Below, in pieces: positions 1-13,489 of a DNA stretch of 64,000 nucleotides. Position numbers and translations under genes: made by a program. The stretch is taken from the NCBI RefSeq assembly GCF_001194135.2, contig NC_068989.1, positions 8,469,949-8,533,948 on the forward strand, read 5' to 3'. Under the pieces are notes generated by a model. It was given only the letters and a program-made list of their open reading frames with translations. It ran no database searches and was not told where the DNA came from. Numbering within the stretch: the stretch's first letter is position 1; each line of letters starts with the position of its first letter. Origin of the DNA: Octopus bimaculoides (lineage: Eukaryota).

Positions 1-2126
1 TTTCGTCTGTCATCAGATGAAACATGAAGGGTTTCAAGAAATCGATCCGTAAAATCTTTTATGTATTTCTAAGAAGTTTCGAACAAAATAAATTCTTTTG
101 TTATCTATCGTATATTTGAGATTTGTCTTCTTCTTCTTCTTCTTCTTCTTCTTCTTCTTCTTCTTCTTCTTCTTCTTCTTCTTCTTCTTCTTCTTCTTCT
201 TCTTCTTCTTCTTCTAATTCATTATTATTATCTTCATCATCATCATTGTCATCATCATCATCACCATTATTATTATTATTAGTTTGCTATTTAGAAATAT
301 CTGTAAATGAAACCAGACAAATATTTCTTTCGATTTATAACTAACGAATTTTCCCCCAAACAATCAATATGAAGATATTCGGTACTTCAAATGGAAAAAA
401 AAAAAACTTTACAAAATCAATATTCTAGAGTTTTTAATCCTCTGTAATCTTTTACAGTTTCTGTTGAAATGTTACAGCAACTGGTCTTCCTAAGTTAACC
501 AACTGCAGAATTTACACAAACATTAGTGAGGATTCAGTACAAAGACTATGTTGCGCAGAGGAGAATTAGTAAAAACTTAAACTGTCATAGCTGTATGATT
601 GAAAACCTCGGTTTGCAGCTATATGATTTTTGGTTCAATCCAACTGCGCGGTAGTTTGTGCAAATGGCTTCTAATATAGCTTCGGGCCGACCAATACCGT
701 GTGACGGAAATTTGGTAGAGGAAAACTGAATTAGATCGCAACATATATATCTATAAATATATAAATATGTATGTTAGTTTGTTTATGTCCCTATAAACAA
801 ATTTACAGTGAACCGTTGTGAATGAGTGTGAATAGGTAAAAAGGTAAATACCTGACTTAAAAATAAGTACTGCGATCGTTATGTTCAAGTAAACCCTTCA
901 ATATGTTACTCCAGTATGGGCGTGGTGCTATCACTGACAATATCTAAAGATAAAGGATAAAACATAAATATTCTTTCTAAACAAGATTTTGATAGGACTT
1001 CGTATATACATTTAAGCCTGCGACGTATAAAAAATTGTAGTTTTTTACTTCATTCAATAAAGGCCGCATTTACTAGGATTTAAGCTTATAATCCGTAATC
1101 CGTTGAAAACTTGGGGTACATAACTAGAGAAAGATTTTGATGGGTGTATACAGATATCCAACTTATGAATATGTAACCGAAATATTTCAAGTCTGTAGTC
1201 TTATATTACTAAACGTTATAAATAATTTAACTAAAACAATAAACTTTGTTTTTATGATAGTATAACGCAGATTTCATATGAAGAACAATTAGGTTAACAC
1301 CCATTCATTAATAGATGACTCACTCATGATACTAGACTTTAAAATCAATATGGCGAAAAATGCGTTTACTTTTTAATATCTAGAACAAGAATTTGAACAT
1401 AAAAGCGCGGGTACAGCAACAAGGTTACTTCCCAACCAAATGGTTCCGCAATCTTATACAATATAACGCCACATGAGCAAAGCGTTAAACTTAAGTGCTT
1501 AGTTCGCTCCCTTAATAGATTAAATAAGTACCAAGTACAGAAAGTAAGTCTATTCCATCGAATACATCCTGTCCTGTAATTTATGATTGTGTTTCAACGC
1601 ACAATACGAATTCTTTCAAAGGGAAAACGAAATGATTTCTTTTAGATGGTAGAAAATAGTGAAAAGTGATAAAATTCATGGAACATACTTGTAATAAAAT
1701 AAACAAAGATTCGTTATTTCTTCAATATATATTCCATTACACTTCGAAAGTAGTGATATCAATTTTAGTTTCATTTTAGATCGTTATTATTTTGGTTCGA
1801 ATTTTGTTTGATTAACGACACGCTAAGTACATTTATCTGTGCTGATAGTACTAATAGCCAAATTTTCGCCGAAATACAATCATCAATATCAAATATTTCC
1901 CTTATCAATAGCGGCCAATTTTCATATCAACCATTTTATCACTGAAACAATGGGTGTACTTCGTCTAATAGCTAATGGTGTAAAATTTGCTTATGTGTAA
2001 AGAGGATTAGAAATTCTATGGGAACTTAAACAATAGAAAAAACAATGCAAAGTGTAACTCAGAGGATAGTAATGGAAGGGAAGTATTCTAGTGGCCTATA
2101 TTTTTCATCAAGTTTCATATATAATC

Positions 2127-2164
<38 letters not shown>

Positions 2165-2250
2165 ATTCGCAACAGTATATATNNNNNNNNNNNNNNNNNN
2201 NNNNNNNNNNNNNNNNNNNNNNNNNNNNNNNNNNNNNNNNNNNNNNNNNN

Positions 2251-2297
<47 letters not shown>

Positions 2298-2304
2298 AGT
2301 ATAC

Positions 2305-2889
2305 ATAAAGAATGCTGCAGCAATTAAGAATGGAGCATAAAAGTCTTCGCATCTGATATGGAGTAGCCGAAATATTTGCAAACTCAATAGTCCGATAGTA
2401 TTCACGGTCATCATGTGCTAAACCCAGTTGCATTGCAGCCTCTTTGTAACTATAGCCAACTACATGTAACTATGGATTGCCATTATAACTGTGTAATGTA
2501 TTTTCCTGAAAGTCTGTAGGGAAATGTTTTATACATTTCTCATCGACCATACATGTTGCGTTGGGTTTCTCTCTTCCACATGGACCATGTAGCATGCTTT
2601 TGGTGACATGTTGAATTGGTTCTTTTTGTGGATTTTGAAGTTCTGTATAAACAAGTATATCATAATGTTTTGGATCTTGTCTTAATATGAACAACATATG
2701 ACAATGGGGTAGTCCACGTTTTTCAAACTCTATAGTCCACATGTTCCCTACAATATCTCTCAAAACATTCTTCTCCAAAATATCATGCAAGAGATCCCGA
2801 AGTTTCATATTAAATACTCTGTCAGCTGGTGTCTGTCCTGGATATAGTTTGTCTGTGGTGCTAGCCCAGCAACGAAAATTCTGATGCAA
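2305..2889 (-). mobile_element. Helitron RepHel fragment (Rep/HUH nuclease region), pseudogenised
   Basis: Translation shows PGQTPADRVFNMKL, WTIEFEKRGLPHCHMLFIL (HUH motif 2; canonical IEFQKRGLPHAHIL) and MLHGPCGREKPNATCMVDEKCIKHFP. After an in-frame TAG at 2470-2472 the same frame continues SYKEAAMQLGLAHDDREY...PYQMRRLLCSILNCC, like the Helitron TF.EA...GLL.DD.EW...QLR.LF..IL..C block. Weaker upstream similarity may extend to about 3150. Confidence 0.9.
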
Positions 2890-3196
2890 ATGAAAATTAA
2901 ATCACAGAGATATACTTGCAGAGCAAGTGGCTTGATCTGAAATCGTGTGCTGAAAGAAAAGCAATTGCAGCGTGGAAGATGTTTGTAAGCCATTTAAGAA
3001 CACACAAAAAGCCGTTAGATTCACTTCAACATTTAAATTTAATTTGTCAAAATATTTTCGTCTCTCTGAAACCGCGACCTGTTCACTGACAGAAATTCGT
3101 GTTGCACTTGTGCAGCACGTAACATGTCTTTTACTTATATATACATACATCTTTTAATGTAAGAATGAATATGTTCCTCTTTTGCCTCCTCTACAC

Positions 3197-3577
3197 GTTT
3201 CAGTCAGTTGACTGCGACCATGCTGGAGCACCGCTTTTAGTCGAAGAAATCAACCCCAGGACTTATTCGTTGTAAGCCTAGTGCGTATTCTATCGTTTTT
3301 TTGCCCAGCCACTAAGTGACTGGGACATAAACACACCGACATCGATTGTCAAGCGATGGTGAAGGAACAAACACAAAGATATACAAACATAAATATATAT
3401 ACATATATGTACACGACAAGCTTCTTTCAGTTACCATCAGCCAAATCCACTCACAAGGCTTTGGTTGGCCCGAGGCTATAGTTGAAGCTATTTGCCGAAG
3501 GTGCCACGCAGTGGGACTGAACTCGGAACCATGTGGATGGTAAGTAAGCTTCTTACCACACAGCCACTTCTGCGCCT
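3197..3577 (-). mobile_element. tRNA-derived SINE, family A (two-part, central microsatellite), near full length
   Basis: The reverse complement has a tRNA-like head (GGCGCAGAAGTGGCTGTGTGGTAAG ... GGTTCCGAGTTCAGTCCCACTGCGTGGCACC) matching 51321-51488. It also has the 3' body ending AAAAGCGGTGCTCCAGCATGGTCGCAGTC shared with other copies in the window. Confidence 0.85.
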
Positions 3578-3954
3578 ATATATACGTTTTATATTTATTA
3601 TAATATCCCTAATTTTTTTTTTAAATTCCAACATAGTAAAGTAAAGATAATAAAACAAATGTGAAAATGGCAAGAAATCTTATGATCTTGTACATTTTTG
3701 AGAGAAATAAAAGAATATACGCTTTTGCTACAAGCGTTATTTTTGTTATAGATTTAATATTATTGAGTATGTTGTAGGGTTTTATGTACAAATGTAAGTT
3801 GAGGAAACCCCGATGTGTTATAAATGAATAAACAAACAATTCTTTTTGAACAGTGGACGGTGGTATCTACAAATGAATTTGATATCAATATGCAAATACG
3901 CACACACAAACATATATATAATATACAAACGCAAACACACACACATACATACAT

Positions 3955-4023
<69 letters not shown>

Positions 4024-4761
4024 NNNNNNNNNNNNNNNNNNNNNNNNNNNNNNNNNNNNNNNNNNNNNNNNNNNNNNNNNNNNNNNNNNNNNNNNNNNNN
4101 NNNNNNNNNNNNNNNNNNNNNNNNNNNNNNNNNNNNNNNNNNNNNNNNNNNNNNNNNNNNNNNNNNNNNNNNNNNNNNNNNNNATATATATATATATATA
4201 TATATATATAAATGTATACATGTATACACACAGATAGATAGATATTTGTATGCATACATTTACACTCACACATACGGAAACACATACATAGATGCACATA
4301 TATATGCACAAACACACATGAATTTTTAAAAAAATGACAGAAAGCATATGAAATATCAGAAGCCATATGTTGACACAGTAATCAGTTATTGATAACAGAA
4401 TTATTATGTACGTCGCCGCTAATTACTAAGATATACAGCATAAAGATATTTCCGACTATTGTTTTAAGAGAGAGATTTACCAGATCAGTTGAGATAACAC
4501 TTTGTCTATAGGAGCCCTGAATGATGCTCTTTCTGCAATGCAAAAGAAATACGCGAGAGGATATTGCTGTCAACGTGTTGGTTCCGTAATGTTCGATAAA
4601 ATGAGATTACTAGTTTTGCTAAGTCACAACTATACTACACATCAACTGCATATTGTTTTCGTAGTTGTGGTTTGCATTTATTTGATGAACTCTTTTGCTT
4701 GTTTATTTTTCATTTCCAAAATGGATTTCTACACATACTTTCGCGTATATAGAGGCATATA

Positions 4762-4830
4762 AGAAGGGGTACTGAGAAGTTCCTGGCTTTAAGGGTATTG
4801 CGATAGATCAGGATGGAAGCTCTAACCACT
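4762..4830 (+). mobile_element. Truncated mariner-derived MITE end
   Basis: AGGGGTACTGAGAAGTTCCTGGCTTT matches the TIR of the complete MITE at 19979-20199; the following sequence is a degenerate match to that MITE's interior. Confidence 0.6.
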
Positions 4831-4859
4831 TAGCCATGTGTTTTCACTCACACATAGCT

Positions 4860-5100
4860 TATGTGTGTATGTGTGTGTGTATGTGTGTAAGTGTATCTGC
4901 GTGTGTATTTATGCTATTCCCTCACCTTCGCTTTACAACCGGTGTTGGTTTATTTGCATCTCTGTTAGTTAGTAGTTCGACAAACGAAACCGACAGAATA
5001 CCTACCACAAGTACTGGGGTGGAATGGTTCGACTAAAACTCTTTAAGGCAGTTTCCCCGTCATGGCGGAAATCCACAGACGAAAACAAATAAAATATTAA
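4860..5100 (+). mobile_element. Degenerate SINE family A, 3' half
   Basis: Similar to the family A 3' body (acaaccggtgttggttt...accgacagaata...tttaaggcagtttccccgtcatggcgga), preceded by (GT)n-rich linker. Confidence 0.55.
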
Positions 5101-5334
5101 AAAATAAAAGATAACTTCGACGTACCGGAGCAAATTAAGAGAAGCTAATCAATGCAAAGATAAAATTAATTTTTCCCCCATTCTCTGCCACCCATTAACA
5201 AAAACAGACTTAACATTATCTGATTCGAACTTCTATTCTCTTGAAAAGTTACATTTGATGAAGTTTAAGAAATATTCAAATTTCATATTAATTACAGTTA
5301 TAGACAATTAACAATTGAAATTAGAAAAAAAAAG

Positions 5335-6090
5335 CCACAAGCCCTGTGTTGTTGCAACACAAACCAATGCTCTCTGAAATAGGCATTCAACGCTGATGGT
5401 ATTATCTATGACTTATGTGTCATCTCTAGTAGACCAAACACTATGTGCAAACACTGTATCGCTCGCCTGGAATATAAATTCATGCAAACATATTTCAACC
5501 GTAAAGTCTTCTTTCACAATATAGCAAAGAGAAATATAAGGAACTTACCTAGGAGGTGAATGAACATACTTCAACATTTGGCACAAAGAAGATCCTCTTA
5601 ACATGGAAACCTCAGAGATATTTAACAATGATCTTTGAATTGCACACAATTGCGAACAGTCATAAACAGCAATAAATATGAGGGCTGTTTCGCATTGTCC
5701 ACCTCTGCAATGACAACGAAATTATACACATGTCAAGACAATGTAATAAAAGTTGTATAGGCACACTATTTTGTTCAGTAAACATTTGTTTCTCCTACAT
5801 TCACCATTTTGCTCGCAGCACTTAGGCATCTTTTATGAGTCTTCTCTGTGACAATCTACACTCAAAATCCTCCATTTCGAGCTTGTTCCTCTACTTTCCA
5901 CCTCGTCGAGAACAATAGCAGATGTGCTACATATGATTCTAATTAAACGAGTAGCATAGCTTTGTTCTATCAGTATGTCTTTTAAAGTTCAGGCCAGCAA
6001 AGTGTCACTTCTTGAAAGGCTACATTTGAATATCTCATACAATAGCCAACGGGCTTTGAATATCAACGCTTAACTTCTAGGCTTCGTGAA
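5335..6090 (-). pseudogene. Decayed, intron-containing coding remnant; possibly a Mutator/MULE-like transposase fossil
   Basis: 82-nt GT-AG intron at 5548-5467 with GTAAGT donor; a further good acceptor at 5706-5705. Faint MULE-like words across frames: FMTV ~21 aa before LLCAKC (cf. FMTD...LLC.WH), and AYFREHW. The family call is weak. Confidence 0.3.
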
Positions 6091-7449
6091 AACTGAAACA
6101 CGGAAAATAATTTAAATAATACTCTCTAAATATTCTCAAAATATTTGCTGTACATTATTAAAATGCGCAAACTTAGTTACCTAACATTCAGTACCCTGTT
6201 TAGTAACGACGTGAACTCAATACCAATTAGTTAAATAGACACAATTTTATCACTTAGTCATTTTTCTTCTGATAATTGTGTATATTCAGAAATTTAAACA
6301 AGAATATTCATAGAAGAATTAGTTATGGTTTCCCATACGATGTCTTAAGTTTATTTATCTCACTTATCATTGCTCAGATTTCTCTATTCGGATTAAATCA
6401 TTTTCATGTTCGGTTCCTGAAACAATACAAGACATTTATTTGATGTCTACTATAGAAGATTAACATCAGTAAGAGATTTAACAGAGATAATTGTCTAGAG
6501 TCTGTCGCCAGTTTTACTCCAAATTTGATAAACTGGATCCGTAGTTCTGCATCAGATATTATTCTCGGTAAAAACTAATCACATCCCAGTAAATTGTTTC
6601 CATCATGTCTCTCCATTAATCTCTTTAATTGCTATTTGATTACTATGCCCCTCAACATCTTTTTAAATCCCCACAACACGCACGGAATCCATTGGAATCT
6701 TTCTTATACCTACTTAACTCTATTTCGATTGCCTTTCTTTTTCCATTATTCTCGCAGCACTTTCCAACCAAAATTTTCTTTCTCGTACCTTTTTTTTTAT
6801 ATCTTTTTAAATTGTTTTACTTAGTTACTGCATCATTATCGTCACTCTCTTCATAATAATCTTTAATGTTTATCTTGCCTTTAATACCCCACGATGATGT
6901 TTTTGTTTTTATCTTTCATTTTCATCCATTATATCACTTGTTGTCTTCGTACTTGATTTTTTTCAATATTGCTCTTGTTGTTTTTGATGTTCTTCTTCTT
7001 CTCCTCAATTCTTTTCCTCAAAATTCCATATTTATCTTCATCACCTGTTTCCCACGAGGTGGCGCCAACGAAGAAAACATTATATATTGATAACAATCTT
7101 CCTTTTGTCATTTGGATTTCTTATTATCCTTGATGTTTGTTTGTTTTTTATTGTTGTTCTCATAATTACCGTCGGTATCGAACGAAAACTAGAAGCAGAT
7201 ATCCTTAGACATCATAAAATACACCGCAATTTCTGAAACTAATTTGGAAACATATATATATATATCCTTCTGCGTTCTTTCAAAAAGTATTACTTGAAAC
7301 GCATTTTACTCTTTTATGAGAGATGAAAATGGCTGCTGTCAGGAAAAAAATTGTATGTATAAATGAGGATAATTACGTACATCAGTGTAGATCATACGAA
7401 CAAGGCCAGATTGATGGAACTGCCACAGCCTTCTCCAAAGTTATATGTG

Positions 7450-7740
7450 GCATTCCGTCGGTTACGGTGATGAGAGGGTTCTCGTTAATCCAATCAACGC
7501 AACAGCCTGCGCGTGAAATTAATGTACTCCACAGACACGCGTACCCTTAACGTAATACGCAGGGAGATTCAGCGTGACATCGAATGTGGCAAGGATGGGC
7601 ATTACAGGTACAACTCATTTTTGCCATCTTAGTGGGCTGGATCACCGTGAAATAATTTGTCTTCCTGAATGACACAACGTGCCATCGGGAATTGAACTCA
7701 GGACCATACGATCGTGATGCGATTACGCTATGCACTAAGC
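7450..7740 (-). mobile_element. tRNA-derived SINE (family distinct from A and B)
   Basis: Right end is the reverse complement of a tRNA-like head (B-box GAGTTCAATTCCC). Body (ccaatcaacgcaacagcctgcgcgtgaaattaa...ccacagacacgcgtacccttaacgta) resembles an abundant octopus SINE, from recollection. Confidence 0.6.
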
Positions 7741-8634
7741 TACACTATATATTACTCTGTACAAAATAATGCAAAAGTGACATACATTCCCAATAAATAT
7801 GAACTGCTTGCAGATCAGTTTACTCAACAATTAACGTTAATTATATTGCTTTATTTCTAGCCTTCTAATTTAAATCAGGACGCTAGATTAAATGATAAAC
7901 CACCTGTTTTGTCGATTCTCGACCGGCATTCAGTCGATTTGTATCCATTACGATTGACGTGTTTGGTTAGTGTTTATATAAATGATAAGTACAATACATT
8001 GTTATGCAATAAGGCGAATTACTCTCTATTTACGATATAGCCAGATGAAAAATAGCTACTACTGTGACTACCGTCCCTAGAGGCGAGAAGTTCAATCTAA
8101 TTTCAGTACAAAATACATATTTTTAGGAAAGAAATTGTAAGATATTGCTAAACACATAGAGATTAAAAGTTATATCTTAAACAAACAGATCTGTTGAGCT
8201 TTTGATGGCTATACAAGTAAAAACATGACCACCACACAGACGCTATACATTTTCAGATGCTATAAGTACAAAATACGTTTATAATAAGAAACTTTTCTAA
8301 GAGGGGTACGTTCATGTCTTTTCATAAGATATTAGTAATGTAGTTAAATGTTAATTATCTCGGGACAGAAACCACAAAACGATTATAAATAACCAACCGA
8401 CACCTTATATGTTGGTGGGCCTTGCTCGCCATACGCAATCGTTAGAGATATATTTCAGTGATATTTAAATTTCGAGAATATCTCACCTATCGTGCCTCAG
8501 AATCGAAACCAGCAGACATAAAATTATATCTTGCATGGTAAAGTGTATTCACCATTTATCTAAGACTCCGTTCAGTTAGGTATCTCACTGATCATGCATT
8601 TATTGACCCATTTTGTATTAGATCACATACATGT

Positions 8635-8880
8635 GTGTATGAGTGCGGCTGAATATGTGTATTTGTGATTACGTTTGTTCCTCACCACTACATCGCAACG
8701 AGTACTGGTGTGATTACGTCCCCGCAATATAGCGGTTCGGCAAAAGAACCGATAGAATAAGTACTTGGTTTTAAATAACATAGGTGTTGATGTCGGTTTA
8801 TTTCATAAAAATTCGTTAAAGGCGGTGCCCCAGCATGTCCGTAGTCTAATGACCGAAACAAGCAAACGATAAAAGAAAAT
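8635..8880 (+). mobile_element. SINE family A, 3' half
   Basis: acgtccccgcaatatagcggttcggcaaaagaaccgatagaataagtact...ttaaaggcggtgccccagcatgtccgtagtc matches other family A copies. Confidence 0.8.
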
Positions 8881-9517
8881 TGCACTTTGTTCCTGAAAAG
8901 AAATCCCAGCTTAAGTCAAGTAGAAATATGGCTTTATTAACAATGTTAAAGCACTTAGTAACTTGAGCGATAGACACTCATTCACACTAGGACATAAATA
9001 AATATTAAATATTGTTATTTTATGGTAATCTATTCTCTAATGACAGACATTACTTTCTTACTTCAATGCATTTGTAATATATCACATAATATTAAAATAA
9101 AAAATTCTGATAGAAATGAACAAACTGTTAACACCAAGTACAATAGGAAATCTGTGGAAATCTATTAGCGAAAAGTCTTGCTTCTCACAAAACATTGTCC
9201 AGTTCATAGCACAATATAGAAATTGTTTCATGCCACCTTAGGTCATTGAATTTACATCCGTCATCTGAACTTGCATAATATTCCAATCAACAAACTTCAG
9301 ATCTTTAGGATAGACGCCAGTTATATTGCTCTCTTGAATTGAGCAACATTGGATCGAAATGTTATTCTGTAACGAATATACATATACAAAAACATTTATA
9401 GTAAGCGTAAACACACAAGTAATATCGTATATACGTAATATTATACACACGGACACGTATGCCTGCGTCTGTGTGTTTATACGAATACATATTGTATGTG
9501 CCTGTATAAACAAACAA

Positions 9518-9552
<35 letters not shown>

Positions 9553-10166
9553 NNNNNNNNNNNNNNNNNNNNNNNNNNNNNNNNNNNNNNNNNNNNNNNN
9601 NNNNNNNNNNNNNNNNNNNNNNNNNNNNNNNNNNNNNNNNNNNNNNNNNNNNNNNNNNNNNNNNNNNNNNNNNNNNNNNNNNNNNNNNNNNNNNNNNNNN
9701 NNNNNNNNNNNNNNNNNNNNNNNNNNNNNNNNNNNNNNNNNNNNNNNNNNNNNNNNNNNNNNNNNNNNNNNNNNNNNNNNNNNNNNNNNNNNNNNNNNNN
9801 NNNNNNNNNNNNNNNNNNNNNNNNNNNNNNNNNNNNNNNNNNNNNNNNNNNNNNNNNNNNNNNNNNNNNNNNNNNNNNNNNNNNNNNNNNNNNNNNNNNN
9901 NNNNNNNNNNNNNNNNNNNNNNNNNNNNNNNNNNNNNNNNNNNTATATATATATATATATGATTTTACATTGTGCAGGGACCACATGTTTTATAGAAACG
10001 TTATTCCTTGCAATATTTGGAGGCCCATCAAGATTGACTGGGTTCGGAGGAACCCGTTTCCAACTGAAAAGAGCCAGGATTAGGTGGAGAAATTTGAACT
10101 CACAAAGCAAAGATGTGGACCAAATACTGCAGGAGAACTCGGTCAATTTGTCAGTACAGACACACA

Positions 10167-10200
<34 letters not shown>

Positions 10201-11133
10201 CAAAAATACACAGGCACTATACATATGCATATACATATGTATATATTCGCATGTACTCACATATATACGTATGTCTATTTATATGATTGGTAGGTATTTA
10301 TCTGTGCATGAGTATATATATATACTTACATGCACACACACACATACACACACACGCAGTAATAAACACATATATTGACAAATGAATAAATACATATATA
10401 TACGTATGTGTATTTGTCTAAACGTATTCAAGATCGTGTTGGCAAGCTTCTTTTCTTCTGTTGTTATAAGTGTTAAGCTAAGTATTGAATCAATTAAGCA
10501 ATAATATAACATTTCCTGACATTTTATCACTCCGATAAAACTTGTGGTTTATTTCAACATCTTTATTTCTGGATTTCTTTGTAGGAGAAACAACACGATT
10601 AGGTTGCAGTCGGTCTGATATTCGGGATTGTACAAATTAAACAGATGTTGTGTCATAATCTGCCATATTTTCTTTAAGGTAAGTCGGTTACAATTATTAA
10701 TTTTATAGCAACCATCTTCTCTATGTTGCAGAAACTAATGCATCTGTGTTGCAAAAACTAATATACAAAAAAAAAAAGCTTGAATGTAAACAGTTTTTTT
10801 TCTTTATGAAGGCTTCAAAATATAAACACATTGTTGATATTTTGATACTTATATTTTGATATTTATGAGATTATAACTGTCTTGGTTATCCAGCCCACTT
10901 TTTTAATGTAAATTTTCAGTAGTTACATCTGCATTTCGATCGGTTTAATCTTCAATTGTAAGAGGTTTTTTTTTTTTACTTGGAGTCTCACATTGTCTTT
11001 GCTAGAACAATACATGCGTCCGTTAGCTACAAGATGAGCAAGATATAACCGTTAGTTAATAATGATATATTCTAAGAAGAATACGGATCAAAATTTAGTT
11101 TTTATATGTGTGTGTATGTGTAGGTGTTTGTGA

Positions 11134-11189
<56 letters not shown>

Positions 11190-11484
11190 GTATGTATATA
11201 TGTATGTATTTGAGGTAAGATTATGAGTTTATAATATAATCAAGAATGCCATTAACAAAACTCCAAGAGAAAATCTTGTCAGTACTATGATGATATTCAG
11301 CTAACATAGATGCTGCTGTCTGTTTTTACTTGCTATTCTGTCAACTTTTTCCCGGAAAAGGACTGTGTTGGATTTCTCAAAAGGCTTTTTGGCCTATAAG
11401 CCTCATTCATTCTTATTTTACTGTACTGGACCCTCATACCTATTCGATGTTTTAAAAAAATTCTATTATATTTTCATAATTATG

Positions 11485-11845
11485 GGCGCAGGAGCGGCTG
11501 TGTAGCAAAGAAGCTTTCTTCCCAACCATATGGCTCCACTTTCAGTCCCATTGCATGACACCTCGGGGAAATACCTTCCACTATAGCCTCGAGCCGACTG
11601 AAGCTATGTGAGTGGATTTGCTAGGTGGAAAACTGAAAGAAGCCCATCGTATATGCGTGCGTGTGTGTGTTTGTGATTTTTTTTTGTTTGTTTCCCTAAC
11701 TTGGCAATTCATTCAAAGACACCGATCGAAAAAGAACAAGACTTAAAAAGGATGTACTGGGGACGATTTATTGGAATAAAATATTCGAGGCGGTGCCCCA
11801 GCATGACCGCAATGTTTGACTGAAACAAGTAAAAGACAAAAGACA
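11485..11845 (+). mobile_element. SINE family A, head plus partly deleted 3' half
   Basis: GGCGCAGGAGCGGCTGTGTAG head, TTCAGTCCCATTGC B-box region, AACTGAAAGAAGCCCATCGTATAT, and the GGCGGTGCCCCAGCATGACCGCA...AACAAGTAAAAGACAAAAGAC tail. Confidence 0.85.
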
Positions 11846-13489
11846 AATATGATTAGGGAACTGTATAAAGAAAAATGTGTAAACATTTTGTGTATTGCAG
11901 AAATTATTGACCAAATTATTACACATAAAAATTAACAGCAAAATCTTATACGGACCTCCAAAGGTCATGTGGACCCCGTTTGAGAATCATTGGTCTAATG
12001 GACAGAGTAGTTAATTTAGTCCTACACCGCTAAAAAAAATAAGTCGGTAAGTAATGCATTAAGCCGTTGACTACTCAACTGGATTTGACCTAAAGTTTAA
12101 ACAAGAAATGACAAATTAGGCGCCACCAACTTTGGAAATTGATTGATTGTTTACTTGTGCAAGGCTAATGTATCTCACAAAGTTATTCATCGATGAAGTT
12201 CGAAAGTTTTTTCTTCTTTTTATCAATGATTACTAAGAAAATATACAATTGTTTCGTTTTGTTTTCTTTTTATGGAAATATTTCTTTCCGACATTGTTTT
12301 TTAAACTCAGTTAGCTACCCAGCTCCATTTAACATTAATAATAGGATAGATATAAGTTAGGCAAAAAAAACCCAGTCAATTACATTATGTAGGATAGGGG
12401 AGAAATATGATAGAATTATATTCGCAGACATATCAATATAAGTTATGTAGGGATGGTGCAGGCAAGGTTGTCTGGCAAAGAAATTCGTTTCGTAAAATCC
12501 TGTTTGGGGGCTTAGTTCCATTGCACGGCACTTGGCCAGGCCAAATGCCGTGTCAGCGAATTTGGTAGGCGGAAACTGTGTGAAACCCCATCATGTGTGT
12601 GTATGTGTGGTTAGAAGTTTGCTTCTCAACCTCATCATTCAGTCCGTCTCACTGCGTGGCACCTTGCGCAAATATCTTATACTTTCGAATAGGAAATTAA
12701 TACTCATTAGTAATGCTCACTTCATCACAGCTAGCAGAGGCCAACTCACCTTGTGAATATTATGAAGAATGCAATTGGAATCAGTGACTGATTTCACAAA
12801 ATGGTAATGTTAGAATTATAAAATAATCAAGATGGCTAGCGGCAATTTAAAACCGACAAGGAAATAATTCATCATCACTATGTATAAACTGACACAGAAC
12901 ACGCAAGTTTCAATGGGTTTTGTGACCACGTGGTGTGGACAATTTTCGCGGGTAGGAAGGAGGCAGGACGTTTGACTGCAGTATCTTATAACCCTATTTT
13001 GCTTATAGAAATCCCATACATTGTAGTTTAACGTAGAGACACTACCTTGATTGATGAGGCGTTGGGTGGGGGAGACGAATAACCGAGGAGAGGGATGGAA
13101 TGATGGTCGGAATTTGTTAAATTCGTTTATTCGTTATTTCATTAAAGACTGCTGTTTTGGCTGTGCAGACTTAATCATGAGTGGAATATATATATATATA
13201 TATATATATATANNNNNNNNNNNNNNNNNNNNNNNNNNNNNNNNNNNNNNNNNNNNNNNNNNNNNNNNNNNNNNNNNNNNNNNNNNNNNNNNNNNNNNNN
13301 NNNNNNNNNNNNNNNNNNNNNNNNNNNNNNNNNNNNNNNNNNNNNNNNNNNNNNNNNNNNNNNNNNNNNNNNNNNNNNNNNNNAATATTTAATTAAATAA
13401 TTAAATTAAGAAAATATGAAGTACGCCGTAATGATAATTTAATAACTTGTAAAATTTTAATTGGTAATTACATTGTCAGATACTCTCCC

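Noticed and set aside
1-30. Hammerhead-like CTGATGA...CGAAA on the minus strand
   Set aside because: Only 5 nt (CAGAC) lie between the core halves, so stem II cannot form; the rest is outside the window.
10585-10678. 94-nt segment with a good acceptor and AAG|GTAAGT donor
   Set aside because: Stops in all three frames. It could be a UTR exon, but such signals are expected by chance and nothing else supports it.
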